Notes under the pieces: model-generated | Told to the model about the DNA's origin: nothing | The model's input: only the letters and a program-made list of their open reading frames with translations | The model's database searches: none | Shown here: one piece after another, positions 38,745-49,160 of the stretch | Position numbering within the stretch: the first letter of the stretch is position 1 | Layout of the letters: every line of letters begins with the position of its first letter | IMG/VR virus record: IMGVR_UViG_3300026336_000015 | Source of the DNA: an uncultured virus (IMG/VR IMGVR_UViG_3300026336_000015) | Lineage: Duplodnaviria > Heunggongvirae > Uroviricota > Caudoviricetes | Length of the DNA: 64,000 bases | Direction: 5' to 3' (one strand) | Made by a program: the position numbers and the translations under genes

Positions 38745-39731
38745 ATGCCAATTACAACTCTCGCAGATATGCAGATTGTACCTGCAAAATTTACCGACTA
38801 TACAATTCAGCGTACCACTGAAAAATCGGAACTGGTTAAGAATGGTCTGTGTGTCGGGAATGCACAGGTTGGTGCGCTTATCAACGGCACGCCACGCGGT
38901 GGCAATACCATCATTATGCCACATTTCAACAAGCTGACCGGTGACGACCAGGTATTTGGACGTAAGCCGCTGGAAGCAAACAAAATCACAACTGGGCAGG
39001 AAAAGGCGACCTTGCTTGTACGCGAAGTTATGTGGGGTGACACTGACCTTTCAACTGTATTCGGTGGTGCAGACCCAATGAGCGCAATTATCAATCAGTA
39101 CGCCGATTGGAGGACAGGTAAAGAGCAGGGCATGCTTATCTCTACCTTGAAAGGTATCAGTGGCAAGGCAATCAAAGACCACGTCAATGATATTTCCAAG
39201 GCAACAGGAAAATCCGCAATTATCAGCGTTGATGCGACTCTGGACACTAAGCAACTGCTTGGAGATGCTGCTACAAGTTTGGGCGTCGTATTCATGCACT
39301 CCGCTACATACACATACCTGCAGAAACAGCAGCAGGTCATTAATGTGTTTGACCCGACTGATTCCACGAGGGTATCTTTCCAGACTTACCTCAACTTCCG
39401 CATTGTTGTTGATGATGGCTTGCCGGTTGCAGATGGTGTGTATGATACGTACTTCATGGGTACCGGCGTATTTGCACGTCAGGACGGCGTACCGCAGGGC
39501 CTTGTAACAACCGAGAATGACCGTGATAAGAAAGCGTCTGAAAACTATCTCATTCAGCGGTTTGCAATGGTTCTGCACCCGATGGGCTGCAGTTTCTTGA
39601 AAGACCAGGATTTCAAGAATTCTGCCGACAAATACGCTGACAATGCAGACCTTGAAGATCCGGAGAACTGGGCGCTGGCGACTGACCACAAGAACGTCCA
39701 CATTGCTGTTATGCGCCACAAGATTGCATAA
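38745..39731 (+). CDS. Major capsid protein
   Basis: Position, 328 aa; GADPM, MHSATY, IVVDD, LHPMG. Confidence 0.85.
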   Translation: MPITTLADMQIVPAKFTDYTIQRTTEKSELVKNGLCVGNAQVGALINGTPRGGNTIIMPHFNKLTGDDQVFGRKPLEANKITTGQEKATLLVREVMWGDTDLSTVFGGADPMSAIINQYADWRTGKEQGMLISTLKGISGKAIKDHVNDISKATGKSAIISVDATLDTKQLLGDAATSLGVVFMHSATYTYLQKQQQVINVFDPTDSTRVSFQTYLNFRIVVDDGLPVADGVYDTYFMGTGVFARQDGVPQGLVTTENDRDKKASENYLIQRFAMVLHPMGCSFLKDQDFKNSADKYADNADLEDPENWALATDHKNVHIAVMRHKIA

Positions 39732-39744
39732 GGAGTGATTGATA

Positions 39745-40140
39745 ATGACAGCAGGAGAATATAAAGCCCAGCGCATTATTAGTGACCTTGGCGCAGAGGG
39801 CCTTAAAGCGTTGAAAGCCGCACTGGATAGTTCATCCCTTGCAGATGATGCAACGCTGAAAAGCATTGCAATCAGCAAAGGTACTCTTGCACCAGCTTTT
39901 TCGGCATCCACAGCGGCTTATACTGCAGATGTGGATAACACAACCGCAAGTGTTACTGTAACGCCTACGGCTAATGAAAGCCACGCTACCGTCAAAGTCA
40001 ACGGCACAGATGTAACGAGTGGCAGCGCTTCCAACGCCGTTACGCTGACGGCTGGTGACAACACAATTACGATTGCTGTAACTGCACAGAATGGAGATAC
40101 AAAAACGTATACCATTACTGTGACAAAGGCAGCAACTTAA
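39745..40140 (+). CDS. Cadherin-like beta-sandwich decoration protein
   Basis: LAPAFS....YTA.V...TASVTVTPT...NTITIAVTAQNG.TKTYT. Confidence 0.75.
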   Translation: MTAGEYKAQRIISDLGAEGLKALKAALDSSSLADDATLKSIAISKGTLAPAFSASTAAYTADVDNTTASVTVTPTANESHATVKVNGTDVTSGSASNAVTLTAGDNTITIAVTAQNGDTKTYTITVTKAAT

Positions 40141-40156
40141 CAGGAGGTTTTGAATC

Positions 40157-40504
40157 ATGGCGTATACACCTACAAGTTGGGCAAACGGCGACGTTATCAC
40201 AGCGGACCGGCTTAACAAACTGGAGCAGGGCATTCAGAATGAGCAGACCGGCACACCGGGAATCAACGGCAAGTCGGCCTATGAAATTGCATTCGCAAAC
40301 GGTTTTACTGGCACGGAGTCAGAGTGGATTACAAGTTTAAAGGGAGAAAAAGGTGATGCCGGTGCAGCAGGAAAAGACGCAGTCATTTCTCCCGGCGCTG
40401 CTGTAGCCGACGTGGCAGATGGGGCAGGCACAGCAGCGCTGTGCACAAGTCTGAACAGCCTGTTGGCAAGCCTGCGTGCTGCGGGGTTGCTGGCAAAGGC
40501 ATGA
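40157..40504 (+). CDS. Head fibre / collagen-like protein
   Basis: GKSAYEIA..NGF.G.E.EW..SLKG; NSLLASLRAAG. Confidence 0.7.
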   Translation: MAYTPTSWANGDVITADRLNKLEQGIQNEQTGTPGINGKSAYEIAFANGFTGTESEWITSLKGEKGDAGAAGKDAVISPGAAVADVADGAGTAALCTSLNSLLASLRAAGLLAKA

Positions 40505-40851
40505 CTGCGGTAGATTGGGCTGCTGCTGGTGTACCGTTGCCAGATGAACAGCCAGAAACTTTGTTGATGGCAGATGCGGCACTGGAATGGATTGCAGACC
40601 ATACCATTTTGGACGTTTCAGAACCTTTGCCGCCCGGTGCAAAGGTGTTTATCCTCAAATATCTGGAAGTTATGCAGATGGGTGTCGGCGTAACAGCTGA
40701 AACTATCGGAGGCGGAGCCGGCACCAATTTATCTCAAAGCTTTGATACATCATCAAAAGGCAATCTGCTGATGCAATATGCTCAAGAACTTATGGGAGCG
40801 TATATGAAATCAGACGTGCATTTTGTGCCAACGAAAGGCAGGTGGCAGTGA
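40501..40851 (+). CDS. Head-tail connector protein
   Basis: Position and size. Confidence 0.55.
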   Translation: MTAVDWAAAGVPLPDEQPETLLMADAALEWIADHTILDVSEPLPPGAKVFILKYLEVMQMGVGVTAETIGGGAGTNLSQSFDTSSKGNLLMQYAQELMGAYMKSDVHFVPTKGRWQ

Positions 40852-41348
40852 TGCCCTGCGAATGGAAAACGGTGAAGAATGACTTTCCAAAGATGCAGAC
40901 GGCAGTAAAACAACTGCACGGTCGTTCGGTTGAGGTCGGAAGCACCGACAAAAACGCTTGGCTTGCCGGCATTCACGAATATGGCTGCCACATCAAGGTA
41001 ACACCAAAGATGCGTGCATGGTTTGCTCGCAACGGTTACCCGCTGAAAAAAGCGACTACTGAAATCGTGATACCAGAACGTTCCTTCCTGCGGGCGGGAT
41101 TTGATGAGAATGCCGAAGGCGTAGTTGAGATGTATGAAGATGCGCTGGGAGATGCGCTAGGCGGCACAATGCCTGTCAATTTGTTTTTGCAAGGGATTGG
41201 GGTGGAACTTGCGACCAAGATTAAAACCTATGCTCGTAACCTTTCCAATCCTCCAGACAGTCGTATGACAATTGAGCGCAAGGGCAGCAGTAATCCACTT
41301 TTCAAAACTGGTGGCATGATTGAATCTATCAACTATGAGGTGAAATGA
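40851..41348 (+). CDS. Neck/tail completion protein
   Basis: IHEYG, IPERSFLR, KGSSNPL..TG. Confidence 0.7.
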   Translation: MPCEWKTVKNDFPKMQTAVKQLHGRSVEVGSTDKNAWLAGIHEYGCHIKVTPKMRAWFARNGYPLKKATTEIVIPERSFLRAGFDENAEGVVEMYEDALGDALGGTMPVNLFLQGIGVELATKIKTYARNLSNPPDSRMTIERKGSSNPLFKTGGMIESINYEVK

Positions 41349-41722
41349 TGGCTCAACTTTTTAATTTCACCCGATTGATTCAAAAGTATTCAACTGCCTT
41401 TACCTTTCACGGTGTTGCTTCTGGTGGCAGCTATAAGGGCGGTGAATGGGTGCCTAATTCTGCGCCCTTACCAGTGCAGATGCAGGGCGCTATCGTACCT
41501 CTCACTGCGCAGAAAGTCTATCAGCTTGGCGGCAGCTACACAACGCAGGACAGGCAACTGTATATGTGCAGCCCTGTGCCTGATGTGCTGAAAGGTGCCA
41601 CAGTTGAGTATCAGGGGCATACCTACAATGTGGAGCAGGACGCTGATTGGAGCGCGTATGCAGACGTGTATGTTTATCTTTTAAGGCGGGTGAGCAATTT
41701 TGAAAACACTGAGGGAAGTTGA
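41345..41722 (+). CDS. Head closure-like protein
   Basis: Position in the neck module. Confidence 0.55.
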   Translation: MMAQLFNFTRLIQKYSTAFTFHGVASGGSYKGGEWVPNSAPLPVQMQGAIVPLTAQKVYQLGGSYTTQDRQLYMCSPVPDVLKGATVEYQGHTYNVEQDADWSAYADVYVYLLRRVSNFENTEGS

Positions 41723-42170
41723 AACAGCGATTGCGGATGGATTGCAGGCATACCTTAAATGCCCGGTTATCCGGTCAAATCAGACAGCACCGGTGCCGCC
41801 GTATCCGTATGTGTCATATACCATTACTTCACCTGTATTAACGGACGGAAGTACATGGGCAACGGACAAGCAGACCGGCCGGCAGTTCATCGACTTGCCG
41901 CAGGTATGGAGCATTACCGTGCAGTCGTCCAATGACACGCAAGCGTTACTACTGGCGATGAAAGCATTTAGATGGCTCGACACGGAAGCTGGACATTCCT
42001 ACCTAAAAGAGAATGAGATTGCTGTGCAGAGTGTTGGGAGCATTGGAAACCGGGACAATCTGCTGTCCATTGAGTACGAATATCGAAAAGGCTTTGACGT
42101 TACATTCCTACTTCGCCATTACACGGAGCAGAGTGTGACGGAAATCAACGGAACAATCGACAACATATAA
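41700..42170 (+). CDS. Tail terminator-like protein
   Basis: PPYPYVSY...EYRKGFDV; precedes the sheath gene. Confidence 0.6.
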   Translation: MKTLREVETAIADGLQAYLKCPVIRSNQTAPVPPYPYVSYTITSPVLTDGSTWATDKQTGRQFIDLPQVWSITVQSSNDTQALLLAMKAFRWLDTEAGHSYLKENEIAVQSVGSIGNRDNLLSIEYEYRKGFDVTFLLRHYTEQSVTEINGTIDNI

Positions 42171-42183
42171 AGGAGGCCATAAA

Positions 42184-43287
42184 ATGGCAGGAACAACAGT
42201 AGGCACAGCTAAGGTAGGGGAAGCTGCCGTCGGTGCCGTAAGTACTGGTAATGCTGTTTCCAGCGACGTTAGTGTGCATCTGACATTGACGAAAGCAGTT
42301 GGCAAGTCCGGCTTTGGAATCCCGCTGATTCTGGCGGGTAAACAGGCGGCAGAAGTACCATACACGGAATGTGTGGATATGGATGAGGTGCGCAAAGCGT
42401 GCGGTGCAGACAGTATTATTACCACAGTGGCGAAGTTAATGTTTGCCCAAAGTACAGAACGCTTTAAAATTGCAGTACGAGCGGTTACGGGCAAGAGCGC
42501 TGACGAGGTACCGAAACTGCTAGGTAAAGACTGGCGGCAACTGGTTGTGCCAACAGAGGGTACAGACGGTGAAAGCACGATAGCCGAACTTTCGGATGTG
42601 GCTGAATCCACAGACCGCGAGTATTTTGCGACTGTCAGGGACTTGTCTACGGCGCCAAGCAAGACTATTGCTGGAACAGTGGACGGAAAGGCAGCACAGA
42701 TAGCGCGTGACCGCACAATCTGCTTCAGCTATCCGACTGCGGGTGTTTATGCGGCGGCGGCTCTGGTCGGCGCGATTGCACAGAAGCAACCGGGCACATA
42801 TACCTGCAAAAATCTGATTCTGAAAGATCTCGTACCGCTGGAACTGGATGATACGCAGGTACAGGCCGTCCATGATGCCGGGTGCCTTACCTTTGTAACA
42901 AAGGCCGGCGACAATGTTACTACCGAGGGTAAGGCTATCGGTGGCGAATACATTGACATCATTGATGGTAAAGACTACATCATTTACCGTATTCAGCATG
43001 ACAGCCAGAAAATCCTCAACCAGTCAAGCAAGGTGCCGTTTAACGATAACGGCATTGCACAGCTGGAGGCGGCCTGCGTTGGAGTAATGAAAGATTGCTA
43101 TGGCGATGGCAACCTGATTATTGCGACAGGTGAGGATGGTAAGCCTGCCTATAAGGTGCAGTATGGCAAGCTTTCTGACACTAGCGCCTCCGATCGTGCG
43201 AGCCGGCACTATTCACTCGGCCGGTTCAGCTTCAGTCTGCTGGGGGCTATTCACAGTGCCGAAATCAACGGCAACATCATTATCTAA
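42184..43287 (+). CDS. Tail sheath protein (DUF3383-like)
   Basis: GEYIDII.G.D, KVPF.D.GIAQL, GAIH. Confidence 0.85.
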   Translation: MAGTTVGTAKVGEAAVGAVSTGNAVSSDVSVHLTLTKAVGKSGFGIPLILAGKQAAEVPYTECVDMDEVRKACGADSIITTVAKLMFAQSTERFKIAVRAVTGKSADEVPKLLGKDWRQLVVPTEGTDGESTIAELSDVAESTDREYFATVRDLSTAPSKTIAGTVDGKAAQIARDRTICFSYPTAGVYAAAALVGAIAQKQPGTYTCKNLILKDLVPLELDDTQVQAVHDAGCLTFVTKAGDNVTTEGKAIGGEYIDIIDGKDYIIYRIQHDSQKILNQSSKVPFNDNGIAQLEAACVGVMKDCYGDGNLIIATGEDGKPAYKVQYGKLSDTSASDRASRHYSLGRFSFSLLGAIHSAEINGNIII

Positions 43288-43302
43288 AAAGGAGGGATAA
43301 TC

Positions 43303-43701
43303 GTGTATACAGTTTACGACCCGAAAGATACAACGGTCACGGTTGGCGGTACCCTGATTACTGGATTCGGCAGCGACATGGTTTCTGGATCTAAGAACGA
43401 AGATGCAATTTCACCGGAAGTTGGTGCGCAAGGCGACGTTGTGGCAAACATCTCCCACAATGACCTCGGAAAAGTGACTATTTCCGTCAATGTCGGGTGT
43501 CCACAATATTCCTACCTGATTGGATTGGCAGCATCTCATGAAATCGTGCCAGTTTGGGCGGTTAACAAGAGTATTGGTGAACGATTTGGAGGCCAGCAGG
43601 GCATGATTACAAAGTTCCCGGATACCAAAAACGCAGAGAAAGCGGATTCCCGTAGCTTTGAGTTTACAATCTTTGACTATGTGGTTGAATCCACAGAGTG
43701 A
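43303..43701 (+). CDS. Tail tube protein
   Basis: YDPKD..VTVGG..ITGF; follows the sheath gene. Confidence 0.8.
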   Translation: MYTVYDPKDTTVTVGGTLITGFGSDMVSGSKNEDAISPEVGAQGDVVANISHNDLGKVTISVNVGCPQYSYLIGLAASHEIVPVWAVNKSIGERFGGQQGMITKFPDTKNAEKADSRSFEFTIFDYVVESTE

Positions 43702-43738
43702 TTGCTCTTCTGTCTGATAACAGTACTTAATTAAAATG

Positions 43739-43768
43739 AAGCACCCTGCAAAAGCCGGGTGCTTTTTG
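43739..43768 (+). terminator. Intrinsic terminator
   Basis: AAGCACCC...GGGTGCTT plus T-tract. Confidence 0.65.
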
Positions 43769-43832
43769 TATGCCGCAAAATGCGCATGAACATGGAGCGG
43801 CCAATAAAAAATAATTTTTGGAGGTCATTACA

Positions 43833-44138
43833 ATGGCAGTAAAACCGTATCAGGTAACAAAGGAAATCAACGGAAAGACTTATACCGCACAGTTTAACGG
43901 CATCGGCGCAGCTCTGAAAGCCCGTGACGCATGGCGTGAACCCGGTACAGACATTGCAAGTAATGAGAAAATGGCTGACTACCTGTTTAAGAACGTAATT
44001 ATTGACCCGGCTAACCTTACCCCGGACGATTTCGAAACTTGGGCAGGCCTGAATGAAGTGCTTGCATGGGGGATTCAGGTGATGAATGGCGAGTTTCGAC
44101 CCGACACTGCCGCCGCAAAGGTTGAAAGCAAGGGCTAA
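43833..44138 (+). CDS. Tail assembly chaperone
   Basis: Between tube and tape measure genes; RBS GGAGG. Confidence 0.7.
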   Translation: MAVKPYQVTKEINGKTYTAQFNGIGAALKARDAWREPGTDIASNEKMADYLFKNVIIDPANLTPDDFETWAGLNEVLAWGIQVMNGEFRPDTAAAKVESKG

Positions 44139-44286
44139 GGAACACTGGACGTTTTGGCGGCTGATATTTGACGGAGGGATTGATTACAACACCGTTTGGA
44201 ACCAAATGACGCCAGCGGAAGTGGACGAAGCGAATGCGGCTCTTGACTATATGTGTGAGTTGCAAAACAGGGAAAGGGAGGGCTAA
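44086..44286 (+). CDS. Tail assembly chaperone extension (+1 frame)
   Basis: Overlaps the chaperone 3' end; MTPAEVDEANAALD. Confidence 0.55.
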   Translation: MASFDPTLPPQRLKARAKEHWTFWRLIFDGGIDYNTVWNQMTPAEVDEANAALDYMCELQNREREG

Positions 44287-44289
44287 AGC

Positions 44290-47200
44290 GTGGGAAAGAA
44301 CGTTGTCCGCGAAGACGTTGTAAAAATCAGCTATGAAGTTGATGATAAGGGACTTGACTCTCTTTCCAAAAAATTAGACAAGCTCGGTAGCGGGGCAGCA
44401 GAATCCGTTTCAAAGGCTGACTCTCAGTTAAGCAAACTGGGAAAAGAAGCACAGAGCGTGTCGCAACAAGTTGATGGAGCGGGTAAAAAGGCAAAAGAAA
44501 GTCTTGGAGGAGTGGCACCTGCTGCCCAAAAAGCCGCAGAAGGCCTCAGCAGTGCTGCACCTGCCGCCCAAAAAGTTAAAGACGGATTGAATGGCATTGC
44601 GCCTGCATCTCAAAAAGCTGCTGGAGGGGTCAAATCACTTACCAGCGATGTTCAAACACTATCGTCTAAGTGTGAAAGCGTCAGTAAACATTTACAATCA
44701 TTTTCCAAAGGCGTAAATGGACTTGGAACTAAAATGACGTTGGGTGTAACAACCACAATCCTTGGTGCAACTGCCGCCGCTATAAATGTTGGCAATGATT
44801 TTGAAGCGGAAATGAGCCGTGTCAAAGCAATATCAGGGGCAACAGGGAATCAGTTTCAAAAACTTTCTCAACAGGCAATGGATTTAGGCGCTAAGACCGC
44901 ATTCAGTTCTAGTGAAGCCGCCAACGGCATGGAAAATCTTGCTTCTGCTGGCTTTAGTACATCTGAAATCATGGAAGCAATGCCTGGCATGCTGGACTTG
45001 GCGGCTTCGAGCGGCGAAGACTTGGCGAACAGTGCAGATATCGCCGCGTCAACTTTGCGCGGCTTTGGTCTTGCCGCCAATCAAGCAGGTCACGTTGCGG
45101 ACGTACTGGCGAAGAATGCAGCTGATACAAACGCAGCTGTAGCTGACACCGGACTCGCAATGAAATATATCGCTCCTGTTGCCCAAAGTGCAGGGTGGTC
45201 GCTGGAAAGCGTTACGGCCGCCATCGGTTTGATGTCAAATGCGGGTATAAAAGGTGAGCAGGCAGGTACAACACTGCGTGGTGCGTTGACAAATTTAATG
45301 AATCCGTCTGACGTTGCGGCAAAATCCATGAAATCTGTCGGTTTTTCCGCATATGACGCACAAGGCAAAATGAAACCTTTGTCGCAGATTGTTGGGGAAC
45401 TGAGCAGTAAGACCGCCAACCTATCGAATAAACAGCGTGACCAGGTAATTGCCACCATTATGGGCACGGAATCTCTTTCTGGTATGCAAGTACTGCTCAA
45501 AGATGGCAAGGGCAATTTGGACCAGATGACAGAGTCTTTGAAAAACTCGAACGGTGCTGCAGATGAGATGGCACGAACCATGCAAGACAATACAAAGAGC
45601 AGCATTGAACAAATGACAGGCTCTTTGGAAACTGCGGGAATTACTGTTCAGAAAGCGTTAGCACCCTCAATTAGAGATGCCGCTGACAAAGTTACCGAAC
45701 TAGCAAATGCTTTCGGAGAATTGGACTCTGAATCTCAAAAGAACATCCTGAAAACAGTGGGAGTTGTTGCGGCTATAGGCCCTGTACTCAAAGCCATTTC
45801 CACACCAATCAGCGGAATCAGCAAGATTGTTGGTGCAATCGGTAAAAGTGCTGCGAAAAAGAGCGCAGCAAAGGCTATAGCTGATACTGCGGCCGCTGCC
45901 GCACCTGCAGCGAAAAAAGTAGGCTTGCTGTCAAAAGCCGGTTCTGCTCTGTCAGGCGTATTTGCAGCAATTCCCCTGCCGGCAAAAATTGCACTTGGTG
46001 TTGGGACCGCTGCTGCGGTTGGCATTGGTCTTGCCATCAAGCATGCACATGACGAAGCTGTAAAAGCAGACCTTGCAAAGCGTTTCGGTGATGTCACACT
46101 GTCTGCGAAAGAGTGTGAAGATGCTGCGAAGCAGCTCGCATCCACTCCATGGACAGTAAAACTCAATGGTGTAAGTGAAGCCAAGAGCCAAATTGACGGA
46201 TTCAAGGACAGCGTCAAGACGGCCATGGAAGAAATGCGCAAGACCGAGTGGAAAGTCAACATGGGCTTGAAACTCTCTGACGACGACAAGACCAGTTTCC
46301 AACAGTCAGCGGATAATTTGGCAGAAAACTCGCTCAAATACCTGGAGCAGAAGCATTATACCGCCAATCTGGCGATTGATGCAATCATGATGCCAGGTAC
46401 TGCAGACTATTCCAAGCTTACAACTCTAACAGATGGGTTCTATTCTTCACAGCAAACTCAGATTCAGAAGATGGGAGATAACCTGAAAACTGCGGTTTCT
46501 GACGCCCTCAAAGATGGTGTGGTAAGTGTTGACGAAAGCGGCGGTATTCAGGCGCTACAAACCAGTATTCAAGGCATGGTTGATAAGGCTTCAAACGACG
46601 AATACACCGCAAAGTTGAAAGCATTAACTGTAACTGCCGGCGCTGGCGGGCTGACAGCTGATAGTTTTAAGGCTCTGACAGAACAAATTGGAAAACAAAC
46701 TACTGATGCATTAAGTAAAGCAGACGATTCTCTGAAAGTGGTTATTTCCGAACTGGATATGCAGCTTGCAGATGGCGCTATAACAAAAAGCGACTATGAC
46801 AATCTTGTGAAATCAGCGCAAAGCAGTCTGAACCAACGCAAAGCCGACCTGCAAATGAAGAACTATGATATTACTTTGGAACCACTGAAAAGCAAATATA
46901 AGGACGAGTTGAGTTCTGCCAATAACGCATTGGACTCTGGACTTTCTACTGACTTTTTAGGTGGAATTATCCCAGGAAGCAGTATTGTGAAATCTGCTTA
47001 CAGCGGCATTAGTTCCGAGGCACGAGATGGCTTGAAGAAAATGGTCGAATCGGCAAAACCTCAAACTGATGAGATGGAAAAGACAAAACAAGCATGGATT
47101 GATGAAGGCAGAGTTCCTCCAACCGCTTTCATGCAGAGTATGCAAAAAACTTATGAATTGCAAGCAGCTTCTGGCGATATAACGCATCAATTTGACTTGT

Positions 47201-49149
47201 TGGCTGGAAAAATAAACAGTTCAAGTGCTACTCGAAAAGTATATGAATCAATGGCAAAAGCCGGAGAAGAAATTCCAAAAGAGTTGTCCGATGCACTGAA
47301 AAACGAATATGGTCTTGTTTATGAAGCAGGGAAAGGGCTTATCCAAAAAGTAAAGCCGGAACCTACACAGCTTGACTCAGTAAAAAAGATGCTTAAAGAA
47401 ACCGGTTTTGAGATTCCTGACACGTTGGCAAAATCAATCAACGAGAAGGGAACAGACGTTGCGTATCAGGTAAAAGATTTACTTGGCACGCTCCAAGAAG
47501 GATACAGCCTTGATTCCAATCAGATTGTTTCCTTGTACACTGATCTCGGTATGTCAATTCCTAAAGCTTTGGCTGATGGAATTGCAAAGAAAGACCCTGC
47601 TACGCAGAAAGCCCTTGTACAGATGCTTACAAGCCTTGAATCTGGTGGAAAATTGAGTCAGTCACAGATTGAAACATTTTTTGACGGGTTTGGCAAGAAC
47701 CTTCCTGATGCCATTTCAGAGCAGGTCTCTAAAGCAAAACCTGATGTGCAGAAATCATTGATAACATCAATGGAAAGTCTGTATAGTGGAACTGCCCTGA
47801 CAAAGTCGCAGGTTCAAAAGATGCTTCCAGAACTCAGTTTGTCCGGATTTACTGGTTTATCACAAGCAATTTCAAAGGTTAGTTCAGGTTCGCAGATGGA
47901 AGTGACAAAGCAACTTGTTTCCATGGCAAATGGTGCTAAATTAGGCGAAAAAGATATTCAATCTGTATTTACCAACTTGAATGCTAATGTCCCTAAAAAT
48001 ATAGCTTCTTTGGTTGCAAACATGAGCAGTTCGGCCGATAAGATAAGCGCAGTGAACTTATTTGGCAAACTTTACACCAATGCGCAACTTGGAGCCGATG
48101 AACTGCGAAGCGCGATGAAATATGATGGAATTACAATTCCAGATGGTCTTGTTTCCGGGCTTGCAACTAAAACTCCGGCAGTCCAGCAAGCTGCTATCAG
48201 TCTATTCCAGTCGGTGCAGAGTGGGGCACAAGCGTCTGCTTCTCAAATTAAGTCGTTAACATCCTCGGTTGGACTAAGTTTCTCAGATGGCTTTGTTTCA
48301 AGTTTGGCGCAGCAAAAGCCGAATGTGCAGAATCAGGCGATGCAGCTAATTTCTACTGTGGGAAGTGCTGCTGATTCACAACGTCCAGCGCTGATAGCCA
48401 CCTTGGCAAAAGTGGGTGGTGAACCTGTGCAAAAGATGCTTGCTTCAATGAACATGAAGCTGAGCAGTGATGGAACGCTGGTTTCTACTGCGGGAGGCAA
48501 AGCAAATCAGGTAATTAAGACTATGGACGCAAAGACTGCAAGTGCTATTCTGCAGTCACCAAAACTTGCGGATATTCTTAATGCAGCCGAAAAAGCGGCG
48601 AAAGCCAATTCGGATATGCAAAGTTATCTCAGTGCAAATCCATTACATCAAACTGTAAGTGTTGAATACAAGCCTACTTCTACTGAAGTGATTGACGGTA
48701 ACAAATATTCGGTTACGCAGGAAGAAAACGGTCATACCATAGTAAAATATCGGGGGCCAAAAGCTGCCGGAGGAATAGTACAGACGAATGGATTTTATCA
48801 GGTAGCTGAAGAGAACAAGCGTGAAATGATTATCCCATTGCAGACTCATCGTGAACGTGCAATCGGACTTTGGGAGCAGACTGGTCAGGCTCTTGGAGTT
48901 GACAGGAGCAGTGGAAGCAAAACGTCCTATGCTGCTCCGCATACCTCCTACACTCCTAAATATTCAACATCCAACAATCGCAACTATGACGACCACAGTA
49001 CCTATGCACCGCAGTTTATCGCTTCTTTCGGTGGAAATACGCCGAGTAACAGAGATTTGGAGAGGGCGGTTAAAAAATGGATTGCAGAATCTATGCAAGA
49101 TGCTATGAACAGTCGCAACCGGCGCAATCCGGCGGATATTGCTGTGTGA
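44290..49149 (+). CDS. Tape measure protein (TP901 core)
   Basis: 1619 aa; FEAEMSRVKAISGA, AGIKGEQAGTTLR. Confidence 0.92.
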   Translation: MGKNVVREDVVKISYEVDDKGLDSLSKKLDKLGSGAAESVSKADSQLSKLGKEAQSVSQQVDGAGKKAKESLGGVAPAAQKAAEGLSSAAPAAQKVKDGLNGIAPASQKAAGGVKSLTSDVQTLSSKCESVSKHLQSFSKGVNGLGTKMTLGVTTTILGATAAAINVGNDFEAEMSRVKAISGATGNQFQKLSQQAMDLGAKTAFSSSEAANGMENLASAGFSTSEIMEAMPGMLDLAASSGEDLANSADIAASTLRGFGLAANQAGHVADVLAKNAADTNAAVADTGLAMKYIAPVAQSAGWSLESVTAAIGLMSNAGIKGEQAGTTLRGALTNLMNPSDVAAKSMKSVGFSAYDAQGKMKPLSQIVGELSSKTANLSNKQRDQVIATIMGTESLSGMQVLLKDGKGNLDQMTESLKNSNGAADEMARTMQDNTKSSIEQMTGSLETAGITVQKALAPSIRDAADKVTELANAFGELDSESQKNILKTVGVVAAIGPVLKAISTPISGISKIVGAIGKSAAKKSAAKAIADTAAAAAPAAKKVGLLSKAGSALSGVFAAIPLPAKIALGVGTAAAVGIGLAIKHAHDEAVKADLAKRFGDVTLSAKECEDAAKQLASTPWTVKLNGVSEAKSQIDGFKDSVKTAMEEMRKTEWKVNMGLKLSDDDKTSFQQSADNLAENSLKYLEQKHYTANLAIDAIMMPGTADYSKLTTLTDGFYSSQQTQIQKMGDNLKTAVSDALKDGVVSVDESGGIQALQTSIQGMVDKASNDEYTAKLKALTVTAGAGGLTADSFKALTEQIGKQTTDALSKADDSLKVVISELDMQLADGAITKSDYDNLVKSAQSSLNQRKADLQMKNYDITLEPLKSKYKDELSSANNALDSGLSTDFLGGIIPGSSIVKSAYSGISSEARDGLKKMVESAKPQTDEMEKTKQAWIDEGRVPPTAFMQSMQKTYELQAASGDITHQFDLLAGKINSSSATRKVYESMAKAGEEIPKELSDALKNEYGLVYEAGKGLIQKVKPEPTQLDSVKKMLKETGFEIPDTLAKSINEKGTDVAYQVKDLLGTLQEGYSLDSNQIVSLYTDLGMSIPKALADGIAKKDPATQKALVQMLTSLESGGKLSQSQIETFFDGFGKNLPDAISEQVSKAKPDVQKSLITSMESLYSGTALTKSQVQKMLPELSLSGFTGLSQAISKVSSGSQMEVTKQLVSMANGAKLGEKDIQSVFTNLNANVPKNIASLVANMSSSADKISAVNLFGKLYTNAQLGADELRSAMKYDGITIPDGLVSGLATKTPAVQQAAISLFQSVQSGAQASASQIKSLTSSVGLSFSDGFVSSLAQQKPNVQNQAMQLISTVGSAADSQRPALIATLAKVGGEPVQKMLASMNMKLSSDGTLVSTAGGKANQVIKTMDAKTASAILQSPKLADILNAAEKAAKANSDMQSYLSANPLHQTVSVEYKPTSTEVIDGNKYSVTQEENGHTIVKYRGPKAAGGIVQTNGFYQVAEENKREMIIPLQTHRERAIGLWEQTGQALGVDRSSGSKTSYAAPHTSYTPKYSTSNNRNYDDHSTYAPQFIASFGGNTPSNRDLERAVKKWIAESMQDAMNSRNRRNPADIAV

Positions 49150-49160
49150 GGTGATGAATT

